Shown here: piece by piece, positions 1 through 8,006 of the stretch
How positions within the stretch are numbered: the stretch's first letter is position 1
Layout of the letters: every line of letters starts with the position of its first letter
Source of the DNA: an uncultured Myxococcia bacterium
Lineage (GTDB): Bacteria; Myxococcota_A; UBA9042; PHBI01
Reading direction: 5' to 3'
Length of the DNA: 64,000 nt
NCBI GenBank assembly: GCA_942493285.1
Contig: OW818691.1
Span: forward strand, 3,410,321 to 3,474,320
The notes under the pieces: model-generated
What the model saw: the letters and a program-made list of their open reading frames with translations, nothing else
Told to the model about the DNA's origin: nothing
Database searches by the model: none
Translations under genes and position numbers: made by a program

Positions 1-2
1 CC

Positions 3-434
3 CTCGGCTGCGACGACGGCGGCGAAGGCGTCGAAGCCGGGCGCGACGACACACGCGCCATCCAGGCGCTGGGCAGCCTCGAGTTCGACGCCGAGTCGGC
101 CTGCTTTCTGACCTACCTCGACTGCTTCGACGCGACCGAAGACGCCGTCGCCTGCAAGCTCGACTACGTCGCCTGCGCCTACCCTGACCAGCCGGAGTCG
201 CCAGCCGACCCCGGAACCGATTCAGGCACCGACTCCGGAACCGATTCGGGCAGCGAACCGAAGCCCGAGCCGGGCGATGGAGCCGACGCTGGCACCGACC
301 AGGGCACAGGCACGGAATCCGCCCCAGAGCCCGACGCCTGTATGCCCGTCTACGACGACTGCATCGCCGACGGCGGTGAGGCCGCCGACTGCAAAGAGCT
401 CTACAATACGTGCGCAAACGACTCGGGGAACTGA
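3..434 (+). CDS. C-terminal fragment of a secreted acidic, cysteine-rich protein (5' end lies outside the window)
   Basis: Frame 3 is open from the window edge to a TGA at 432-434. The product is rich in D, E and C (…CKLDYVACAYPDQ…CMPVYDDCIADGGEAADCKELYNTCANDSGN). Its C-terminal Cys spacing (CKxLYNTC) resembles the C-terminus of the lipoprotein at 2820-3839. Confidence 0.4.
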   Translation, partial: LGCDDGGEGVEAGRDDTRAIQALGSLEFDAESACFLTYLDCFDATEDAVACKLDYVACAYPDQPESPADPGTDSGTDSGTDSGSEPKPEPGDGADAGTDQGTGTESAPEPDACMPVYDDCIADGGEAADCKELYNTCANDSGN

Positions 435-441
435 GTCCCGC

Positions 442-1209
442 TTGCCGCCCCGTTCCGATGAGCACGACGCGGACCGGCACCAGGTCCATCTCGCCTCATG
501 CGACCTCTGTCGCGCCCGCCTCGCTTCGTCAGTGACGACCGACACGGCTGAGTCCCTCGTCCCGCGCCCCGCGGCAACGGCCTCCTATGTGCCTACCCGC
601 CTCCGCCGACGTTGGCCGGTCCTACGCGCTCTTTTCGTCCCGCTGGCGCTGGCCGCGCTGGCACTCTTCACCGCGCGTCCGTGGTCGACCAGGGACACCC
701 CGAGTCCTTTTCCCGATGGCGACGTACGGACGCTGAAAGGCACCCGCTTCGAGCTCGAGCTTAATGTCCACGACGGCGCCCGTAGCCGCCCGATCGCGAG
801 CGGCGACGAGGTCTCGCCCGGCGACCGCTTGGGCTTTCGCGCCTGGGCACTCACCGACGGCTACCTCCTCATCATCGGCCAGGGCGAGCTCGGCCACACC
901 TACGGCTGCTGGCCCCAGGTACCAGCAGCGCCACAGGCCCCCCAAGCAGACGACCCGCTGGCCACACGCGCCGTCCCGCTGCCCGACACCGACGCGCCCC
1001 AGGTCCTGCCGACCGCCATGCGTTTCGACGACGTCCCGGGCACCGAGACCATCACCGCCATCTTCTGCCCGGACCCGTTTGGTTTTGCAGACCTCGTGGC
1101 CTCGCCTGGCACAGCCGCAGGCGCAAACGCAACGCTCACCGCACCGCACAAAAGCGGTTGCGCAATACGCACCTGGCAGCTTCACAAACGCACCGGAGGC
1201 CGGCAGTGA
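442..1209 (+). CDS. zf-HC2-type (anti-sigma-factor-like) single-pass membrane protein
   Basis: Candidate TTG start at 442, in frame with ORF 277..1209. It has an N-terminal HxxxCxxC motif (HLASCDLCRARL) typical of zinc-finger anti-sigma factors, then a hydrophobic span (WPVLRALFVPLALAALALFTARPW) and a ~170-aa C-terminal extracytoplasmic domain. Its stop overlaps the GTG start of the next gene (GTGA). No sigma factor lies immediately upstream, so the function is tentative. Confidence 0.4.
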   Translation: MPPRSDEHDADRHQVHLASCDLCRARLASSVTTDTAESLVPRPAATASYVPTRLRRRWPVLRALFVPLALAALALFTARPWSTRDTPSPFPDGDVRTLKGTRFELELNVHDGARSRPIASGDEVSPGDRLGFRAWALTDGYLLIIGQGELGHTYGCWPQVPAAPQAPQADDPLATRAVPLPDTDAPQVLPTAMRFDDVPGTETITAIFCPDPFGFADLVASPGTAAGANATLTAPHKSGCAIRTWQLHKRTGGRQ

Positions 1210-2823
1210 AGGACCTCCGCCCCTCTGCCTTTGCGAGCGCCCCGAGCGCGACCATCATCGCCCTCGCTACGCTCTTGCTCTGCCTCTTGGCAGCCCCCCG
1301 CACGGCCCTGGCAAACGAACGTTTCGCCCTGGTCGTCGGCAACAATGAGGGCGCCTCCGAAGAGCCCCGCCTCTCTTTCGCCGAGCGCGACGCGCAGCGA
1401 ATGGCCGACGTGCTCACACGACTTGGGGGCGTCGCTCCGGAGAACGTGGTGCTCCTGCTCGGCCGCGACACCACCGAAGTGGTGCGCGCAATCGCGAGCC
1501 TGCGCTCCCGCCTGTTGATATCGGCCGGAGGGGCCCGCCCACTCATGTTCGTCTATTATAGCGGGCATGCCGACTCGAAGGCGCTGCATCTGCGCGACAC
1601 GATGCTGCCGTTTGCCTCGCTCAAGTCCGAGGTGAAGGCGCTCGGCGCCGACCTGAGCGTCATCATGGTCGACGCCTGTCGCTCGGGCGGCCTGCTCCGA
1701 AAGAAGGGCGCGACCCCTGCCGAGCTCTTCACCATCGACGCCACCGACACGCTGCAGAGCGAAGGCCTCGCCATCATCACGAGCTCGGCCGAGTCCGAAG
1801 ACGCCCAGGAGTCGGAACGCCTCGGCGGCGGGATCTTCACCCACCACCTCGTCACCGGCCTCTCCGGGGCGGCCGACACTTCGGGCGACCAACGCGTGAC
1901 CCTGTCGGAGGCCTATCGCTACGCTTACGCGCAGACCCTGGCCTCGACCAGCACGACCGCGGTCGTCCAGCACCCGACCTTCTCGTTCGACATGCAGGGG
2001 CACAAAGAGCTCGTCGTGACACAGCTCGACCGCGACGCCGGCTTCGGGCGACTACACCTGTCGCAACCCGGCCACTACGTCGTGCTCGAACGTTTCGGCG
2101 CGCGTGAGGTCGCGGCCGAGCTCGACGCCCGCGCGGGCACCCACCTCGTCTTGCGGCCGGGCCGCTACCTCGTGAGGCGACGCGAGACAGCGGCCGTCTT
2201 CGAGTCGGAGCGACCCAGCGTTGCGGGCCGGGTCACCGACCTCGACAACGACGACTTCGCACGAGTGCCCTACCGACACGCGGTCCGTCGCGGCTATGGA
2301 CAGGCCGAGCGCAAGGCCGTCTCGATCGGCGCCGACTTCGAGGTCGCGGGCCCGCTCCTGCCCGAGACCGGCCTCATGCTGGCGGGTGCCGTGTCGGGCC
2401 AGCTCGACCTCGCCGACCTCGCCCTGCGCCTACGCTTCGCCGAGAGCGCGAGCGACAACGCCTATGTCGGCATGACACAGCGCCTCCTGGGGCTCGACCT
2501 CGGCCTCTACAAGCTCGTCGACCTCGGTCGCCACGGCCTGGGATTCGGTGTGCGACTCGGCGTCGACTGGCTCGCCCAACGCTTCGAAGGCCCCGGCCGC
2601 GCCCCGTCCAAAGACCAGGTGGTCGGCCGCTTCGGCCCATTTGTCCGGGCTGAGTGGGCGTTGTCATCCCGACCTCGCAGTTCAGCTCGACGTCGGGGCG
2701 GAGGCCTACCTCATGACTGTCGAACGCGGGGGCGAACGCGAGGGCGAACGAGGGGGCGAAGGCGTCCTCGAGCCACGGGTCGTCCCGACCATCGGGCTTG
2801 GCTTCGGAGTGCTCCTGCCATGA
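1158..2823 (+). CDS. Secreted caspase-like peptidase (C14/caspase HC-dyad domain) with a beta-rich C-terminal domain. The reading frame appears to shift by +1 near 2650-2665.
   Basis: It has a signal peptide (…IIALATLLLCLLAAPRTALA) and the caspase catalytic dyad (FVYYSGHADSK for His, IMVDACRSGG for Cys). An alternative GTG start lies at 1206. The frame of 1158 continues as plausible protein to about 2655 (…VVGRFGPFVRAEWAL) and then degenerates into Arg-rich junk. The +1 frame picks up beta-strand-like sequence (DLAVQLDVGAEAYLMTVERGG…TIGLGFGVLLP) and stops at 2821-2823, overlapping the ATG of the next gene (ATGA). Confidence 0.65.
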
Positions 2824-3839
2824 CACACGACGGCACATCCCGGCTCATCGGCCTAGCCCTCCTGCGCCTCTGCATCGGCGCCCTCGGCTGCGGCGAGCCG
2901 GCGGTCGATGGCCGCTGGCCAGGCGAGGCCCTGTTCACCCTGAGCGGCACCGTGCGCCTCCTTCCCGCTTCCGAAGCCACGGGCTCAGACGCCCCCACCG
3001 GCACCCTGCGCCTCGGCATCTTCTGGGCCCCCACCAAAGGTTCGACACTCGCGCTCGACACCGCCGTCGAGCAAGAGGTCTCGGCCGCAGGGACGTTTCC
3101 CGCGCGCTTCGAGGTCCGCCTCTACGCCCCTCCACCCGACTCGCTCCTACACCCCGTCGAGGACGGCGAAGGCACCGTCGCAAGAGCGCTCGTCCTGGCC
3201 TACCTCGACCAGGACGGGGACCGCGCCTGGGACCGCAATGAGGAGTCGCTGGTCGACGGGGCCACCGACCGTGTCCTCTTCTACACCCCGAACGGCATGA
3301 CGAGCGCCCTGCTCGGAACCCTGGCTCCCGGCTTTCATGGCCTGCGCGTCGGCGACACCTGTGCCCCATCGAGCCTGCCTGATGACAATGCGGGCGACGC
3401 CACACCGGACGTCTCTGGCGACATCGAGCTCGTCGTCACGATGGCGTTCCCGTCGTCGGCGCTGCTGGACCTCGACTGCGACGGCAAGTCCGATGAATGG
3501 ACAGCCGTCTGCCCGTCGCCGCCGACCATCCGCGAGACATGTCGCGAAGGCACACCCGATGCTGCCATGTGTGCCACCTGCGAGACCTATCTGTGGCCCA
3601 GCGGCGCCGACGCCGCGACGTGCAACCAGTGGTTCGACAAGTGCCTCTACGCGTTCGCCCCCGTCGACTGCGAGTCGGAACGCGCGACCTGCCTCGGGCT
3701 TCAGCCGGTCGCCCGCGACCCGTCCGAGCCCGAATGCACCTCGCTCGAGTGTATCTGCAAGCGGGTCTACAACGCGTGTGTCGACACGACCGACGAGGTG
3801 TCCTGTCGCTCCGACTACGACCGTTGTGTATCGCCCTGA
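2820..3839 (+). CDS. Lipoprotein with an acidic Cys-rich C-terminal module
   Basis: Its ATG overlaps the upstream stop. It has a lipobox-like signal (LLRLCIGALGCGE). The C-terminal ~110 aa carry about 16 Cys (…CATCETYLW…CNQWFDKCLYAFAPVDCESERATC…ECICKRVYNACVDTTDEVSCRSDYDRCVSP), with a CKxxYNxC spacing also seen in the partial protein at 3-434. Confidence 0.55.
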   Translation: MTHDGTSRLIGLALLRLCIGALGCGEPAVDGRWPGEALFTLSGTVRLLPASEATGSDAPTGTLRLGIFWAPTKGSTLALDTAVEQEVSAAGTFPARFEVRLYAPPPDSLLHPVEDGEGTVARALVLAYLDQDGDRAWDRNEESLVDGATDRVLFYTPNGMTSALLGTLAPGFHGLRVGDTCAPSSLPDDNAGDATPDVSGDIELVVTMAFPSSALLDLDCDGKSDEWTAVCPSPPTIRETCREGTPDAAMCATCETYLWPSGADAATCNQWFDKCLYAFAPVDCESERATCLGLQPVARDPSEPECTSLECICKRVYNACVDTTDEVSCRSDYDRCVSP

Positions 3840-3857
3840 GTTCTTCTACCGGAAGGC

Positions 3858-4190
3858 TCAGTCGCTCTTGGTGGGACCCGACGGAGCGGCCGTGCTGGCA
3901 GGCGTCGAGGTCGAGCTCGAAGCCGACTCGGCCGCGGCACTCGCTTCGCTCTTCGCCTTGCCCGAGGCCATGTTCTGCTTGCTCATCTCGGACTTCGCCT
4001 CCTTCGAGGGCGCCTTGTAGTCGGTCGCGTACCAGCCCGACCCCTTGAGGACGAAGCTCGTCCGGCTCATGACCCGGCCGAGCGCCTCTTCGCCACAGCT
4101 GGCGCAGAGCTTGAGCGGGGCATCGCTCATCTTCTGGATGACCTCCTGGAGGTTGCCACAAGCGTCACAGCGATATTCGTAGATGGGCAT
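3858..4190 (-). CDS. FmdB-family zinc-ribbon regulatory protein
   Basis: Canonical FmdB N-terminus MPIYEYRCDACG…LCASCG followed by a low-complexity Ser/Ala/Lys tail. Confidence 0.8.
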   Translation of the reverse strand: MPIYEYRCDACGNLQEVIQKMSDAPLKLCASCGEEALGRVMSRTSFVLKGSGWYATDYKAPSKEAKSEMSKQNMASGKAKSEASAAAESASSSTSTPASTAAPSGPTKSD

Positions 4191-4256
4191 GTCGAAGGTT
4201 CCTCTCGAAATCCAAGATACTTGAAGCTCGAATCAACTCGGATTGTCTGTCTGGGC

Positions 4257-5612
4257 TCAGCCGAGCCAGGCGTGCTGGACCGGCGCTTCCATGTTGACCC
4301 GCGGCGGGTTGAAGTACCCGAAGCGCAGGTGTGGGAACCGCGCCGCGAGCTTGTCGAGCCACACCCGCAGCCCCATCGGAGCCACCACGTGGCCGACCGC
4401 CGTCACCGCGGCGAGATACTGCTCGGGGTCGATGTTGAGGTTGCGCAGCTGGACCATGTCGATCTTCGCCTCCTCGATCCATTCGGACAGCGCCTCGAGC
4501 TCGGGCTCGGTGTCCGTGACGCCGGGGAAGACGAAGTAGTTGAGCATGACCCAGCCACCGCGGTCGCGCACGACACGCGCCGACTTCTTCACGTCCTCGA
4601 AGCCGTAGCCGATGGGGCGGTAATAGGCGTGGTACACGTTCTTACGCGCGCTGTTGGTCGAGATGCGCAGGCTGTCGAGCCCGGCGTCCATCAGGCGTTC
4701 GACCACATGAGGGCGCGACGAGTTGGAGTTCAGGTTGACGATGCCGACCCTGGTCTTCTCCCGAATCATCCGCACCGATGCGATGAGATTGTCGCCCTGC
4801 ATGAGCGGCTCGCCCTCGCAGCCCTGGCCAAACGAGACGACCGCGTTCTCACCGACACGCTCGATGTGTCCGAGCGCGACCTCGGCGATTTCCTGGGGCG
4901 TCGGCGCGAACTGGATCCGGTCGTGCGCTGCACTCGGAATGTCGTCGCCCGCCTTGGGCTGAAAGCTGATGCACCCGACACACAAGGCATTGCACGTCGG
5001 GGCCGCCGGCATAGGCGCCTCGAAGCGGTCGAGGAAGTAGTTCTGCGCGGCGCGGCAATGGTAGTCCAGCGCGCACCGCTCCATATGTTTGATGAGGCGG
5101 TTGTCGGGGTTGGCTTCGAGGCGTGCCGCGACCCGCCTGGTGATGTCTTCGATGTCGAAGCGGAACGGGTCCTGGCGGATGTCCGGGTCCACCCGAATCG
5201 TCGCCGACACGAGCTCGCCATCGCGCACGCCGACCGCCGCATAAGCGAACAACGGCAGTGCCGGCGCCTCGTCTGCAGTCTCGTAAGCGGGCAGCAACAA
5301 ACGCAGATAGGCCGGCGCGATGAAACACGCGACGGCCGTCGTACCCGGCTCATCGAAGACAACGACCTCGTCGGCCTGACGGTCGAAGCCAGCCGCCTTA
5401 CGGGCCGGCAACGTGAAGAGGTCACTGCCCTCGGGCAATGCCACGAGCTCGTCGTCTCCGAGCGGGCGCCAGCACTCGCCATCCCACCCGAGCATCTCGA
5501 GGTCCGGGTGCTCCATGATGTTCCCGTGCGAGTCGGCGAACGCCATCATGGCCCGCCCCTTGCGGGCCGGCTTACGATCCAACCGGGCGGAAAACTTGGG
5601 GCTTTGCGACAT
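4257..5612 (-). CDS. Radical SAM enzyme with a ~190-aa N-terminal domain of unknown function
   Basis: A CNALCVGC (CxxxCxxC) 4Fe-4S/SAM cluster motif sits in mid-protein, with a downstream glycine-rich SAM region (VVSFGQGCEGEPL). The start at 5612 (MSQSPKF…) was chosen because the rest of ORF 4257..5933 upstream is unconserved-looking. Confidence 0.75.
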   Translation of the reverse strand: MSQSPKFSARLDRKPARKGRAMMAFADSHGNIMEHPDLEMLGWDGECWRPLGDDELVALPEGSDLFTLPARKAAGFDRQADEVVVFDEPGTTAVACFIAPAYLRLLLPAYETADEAPALPLFAYAAVGVRDGELVSATIRVDPDIRQDPFRFDIEDITRRVAARLEANPDNRLIKHMERCALDYHCRAAQNYFLDRFEAPMPAAPTCNALCVGCISFQPKAGDDIPSAAHDRIQFAPTPQEIAEVALGHIERVGENAVVSFGQGCEGEPLMQGDNLIASVRMIREKTRVGIVNLNSNSSRPHVVERLMDAGLDSLRISTNSARKNVYHAYYRPIGYGFEDVKKSARVVRDRGGWVMLNYFVFPGVTDTEPELEALSEWIEEAKIDMVQLRNLNIDPEQYLAAVTAVGHVVAPMGLRVWLDKLAARFPHLRFGYFNPPRVNMEAPVQHAWLG

Positions 5613-5921
5613 GTCGAGGTCTCCGCGAGGACTTCTGGAATCCCCCACGACCGCGCGCATCGTTTTCACCACGAGGCGGCAGTCAAGGGCGGTCGCATTG
5701 TCACACCGCGGCCCGAGTTTCAAGCTCCGGCCCATCGTCGAGCCCAGCGACTGGAACCCTTCATCGCAATCGGTCGCCCGTACGGAGCCCCAGAACCGCG
5801 CTCCGCACCTGCTCGTCGCGACCGCTGGCCGCTCGCGCTCGTCGATTTGACAGGACCACCGACCCATGAAAATCCTGACTGGTCCCACCGTCGCCCACAC
5901 CCCTCCGATTGGAGAACGCAC

Positions 5922-7277
5922 TTGAAGCCACACCTGCGCGTCCTCGTGTCTCTCGTCGCCTTCGCGGCCATCCCCTCGTCATCCGCCTTGGCCGACTGCC
6001 CCGACAAGCCCTACAAGTGCGACTTCGGCTTCGTCGGTGGTCAGGGAACCTGCTGGAAAGGCTGGCGATGTGTCACCTGCGGCGACAAGACCTGCCCGGC
6101 GCTGCCCGCAAACACCTTTCGCGACGTCCCGAGGCGCGCCGAGTTCGCCTGCATCGATCACGCGGTGAAGAGCGGTCAGACCAACGGCTGCTCGAACCCG
6201 AGCCCCGACCCCGCCTCGGGCTTCTATCGCAACTACTTCAAGCCCGCCTGCGACCAGCACGACCTCTGCTACCTGAACACCAACGGCCTCTCGAAGCGGC
6301 AATGTGACGACGACTTCAAGGCCAACATGGAGTGGATGTGCGACCGGTACTTCACCGGGGCTCTCAACATCGCCCAGCGCGGAAGCTGCCGCGCCGCCGC
6401 CGGCACCTGGTGGGCCGTCCTCGCCTCCGACATCAAGAGCACGACGAACTACGACGAAGCCCAGGCCTGGAACCGCGCCCACTGCGCAGCCCCGGCCGCC
6501 CCCGTCGCGCCCGTCCCAGCCCCCCCTGATCCCGCCAAGCCCACGCCCGCGCCCAAGAACCCAGCCCCGCAACCCTTTGCCACCGCCCACGCCCACTTTT
6601 CACCGGGCGTCTATCGCGCCCGACATCCCCACTGGGGCGGTACGGTCACCATCAACGCCGACGGCTCCTATGCGCGCGACAACGGCGACCCCGGCACCTG
6701 GTCCTTCGACGGGACCAACCTCGTCCTACACTGGACGAACTGGGGCCCCGAGGGGCTCACCCCCACGGGGCGCGACGCCTACCGCTCGACCAACGGCTTC
6801 ATCCTCGAGCTGCAGACCCCCGCCTTCATCCCCGGGGCCTACCGCGCGCAGCACCCGCACTGGGGCGGCACGGTCACGCTCAACGCCGACGCCACCTACG
6901 CGCGCGACAACGGTGACCCCGGCCGATGGACCTTCGATGGCACGACGTTGGTCCTCGACTGGACCCGCTGGGGCAAAGAGCCGCTCGTCCGCGCCGGGCC
7001 AGCGGCCTATCGCACCTCACCGCCGGGCTTCTCGCTCGACCTCATCCGGCCGACCTGGGTCGCTGGCACCTATCGGGCACAACACCCGCATTGGGGTGGC
7101 ACCGTCACGCTCAACGCCGACGGCACTTTCGCCCGGGACAACGGCGACCCGGGCACCTGGGAATGCGACGGCACCGCACTCACCCTCCACTGGACGAACT
7201 GGGGTCCCGAGGGCCTCACCCGCGTCGGCCGCAACACCTATCGGAACGCTGGCGGCTTCACCCTCGAGCGGCAATGA
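5922..7277 (+). CDS. Secreted prokaryotic phospholipase A2-like domain protein with three C-terminal tandem ~80-aa repeats
   Basis: TTG start with a GGAGA RBS 6 nt upstream. It has a signal peptide (LVSLVAFAAIPSSSALA). The N-terminal Cys-rich domain has a CDQHDLCY motif (CxxHDxCY catalytic His-Asp of bacterial/fungal secreted PLA2, compare Streptomyces PLA2 ACARHDFGY) and a Pro-rich linker (APAAPVAPVPAPPDPAKPTPAPKNPAP). It is followed by 3 copies of YRAQHPHWGGTVTLNADGTYARDNGDPGTW-FDGT-LVL-WT-WGPEGL…. Confidence 0.6.
   Translation: MKPHLRVLVSLVAFAAIPSSSALADCPDKPYKCDFGFVGGQGTCWKGWRCVTCGDKTCPALPANTFRDVPRRAEFACIDHAVKSGQTNGCSNPSPDPASGFYRNYFKPACDQHDLCYLNTNGLSKRQCDDDFKANMEWMCDRYFTGALNIAQRGSCRAAAGTWWAVLASDIKSTTNYDEAQAWNRAHCAAPAAPVAPVPAPPDPAKPTPAPKNPAPQPFATAHAHFSPGVYRARHPHWGGTVTINADGSYARDNGDPGTWSFDGTNLVLHWTNWGPEGLTPTGRDAYRSTNGFILELQTPAFIPGAYRAQHPHWGGTVTLNADATYARDNGDPGRWTFDGTTLVLDWTRWGKEPLVRAGPAAYRTSPPGFSLDLIRPTWVAGTYRAQHPHWGGTVTLNADGTFARDNGDPGTWECDGTALTLHWTNWGPEGLTRVGRNTYRNAGGFTLERQ
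6607..7277 (+). repeat. Three tandem ~240-bp coding repeats (80-aa protein repeats) inside the PLA2-like gene
   Basis: A near-identical nucleotide block, cacccgcactggggcggcacggtcac(g/c)ctcaacgccgacg, recurs at about 6625, 6850 and 7090. The three protein copies are more than 60% identical. Confidence 0.7.
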
Positions 7278-7368
7278 ATGCCGTGCCAGGCGTTCGCAGC
7301 ACTCCTCGACCTGTCTGCTGGTCGGTGTTAGTGGTCCGGCCGCGAAACGCCTCGCCGGGAGAATCCAC

Positions 7369-7734
7369 ATGTCGCGACAGAACATCAGCTCGGGCTCGAA
7401 GTGGGAGCCGGTCCTCGGGTACTCACGCGCCGTCCGCGTCGGCCCCTACGTCCACGTCTCGGGCACGACCTCACCTGGCGAGACCGCCGCCGACCAGACC
7501 CGCGGCGCCATCGAGATCATCAAGACCGCGCTCGCCAACGCTGGCGCGACACTCGCCGACGTCGTGCGCACCCGCGTCTACGTGACCGACATCTCGCAAT
7601 GGGAGGCCATCGGGCGCGTCCACGGCGAGTACTTCGGCGCCATCGGCCCGGCCATGGCCATGGTCGAGGTCAGCAAGCTCATCGACCCGGCCCTGTTCAT
7701 CGAGATCGAAGCCGACGCCTACATCGGAGGCTGA
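7369..7734 (+). CDS. RidA/YjgF/L-PSP family reactive-intermediate deaminase
   Basis: 121-aa product …VRVGPYVHVSGTTS…TRVYVTDISQWEAIGRVHGEYFG…AMAMVEVSKL with YjgF family signatures. ATG at 7369. Confidence 0.85.
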   Translation: MSRQNISSGSKWEPVLGYSRAVRVGPYVHVSGTTSPGETAADQTRGAIEIIKTALANAGATLADVVRTRVYVTDISQWEAIGRVHGEYFGAIGPAMAMVEVSKLIDPALFIEIEADAYIGG

Positions 7735-7778
7735 GGCGAACACGCCGACCATCGGCCCCGAAGACCGCCTGATCGCAA

Positions 7779-7991
7779 CTACGCGTCGCCCGGCTCGACC
7801 TCGCGCCACAGCGTGTCGCCGTAGATCCCGCCCGGCAGCGGCATCGCCAACCAGGCCCGCCCACAATGACGACAGCGGATGCGGTCAGGTCCGGCGGCTT
7901 CGAGCTCTGCGCCGAGGTCACGCTCGAGATCCCACGTCGAGTCGTACGGGAACCTGACCCGGCAAGGGCACACGTCTTCTGACCTCTGCAA
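7779..7991 (-). CDS. Possible small zinc-ribbon protein (70 aa)
   Basis: CPC…CRHC cysteine pairs. It sits directly downstream of lpdA on the same strand. There is no other support, and it may be a spurious high-GC ORF. Confidence 0.25.
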   Translation of the reverse strand: MQRSEDVCPCRVRFPYDSTWDLERDLGAELEAAGPDRIRCRHCGRAWLAMPLPGGIYGDTLWREVEPGDA

Positions 7992-8006
7992 GGGTCCTCC
8001 CGTCGC

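Noticed and set aside
1158-3839. A single 893-aa protein spanning the caspase domain and the downstream lipoprotein
   Set aside because: The middle 60 aa of that frame (2655-2820) are Arg-rich junk. The +1 frame carries protein-like sequence ending in an ATGA overlap with an internal ATG that has its own lipobox. So the better interpretation is two genes plus a frameshift.
4221-5921. The 5' two-thirds of the 1018-aa plus-strand ORF 4221..7277
   Set aside because: It is antisense to the well-supported radical SAM gene (4257-5612) and has no protein-like features. Only the part from the TTG at 5922 (signal peptide plus PLA2-like domain) is credible. The long open frame is an artefact of 70% GC.
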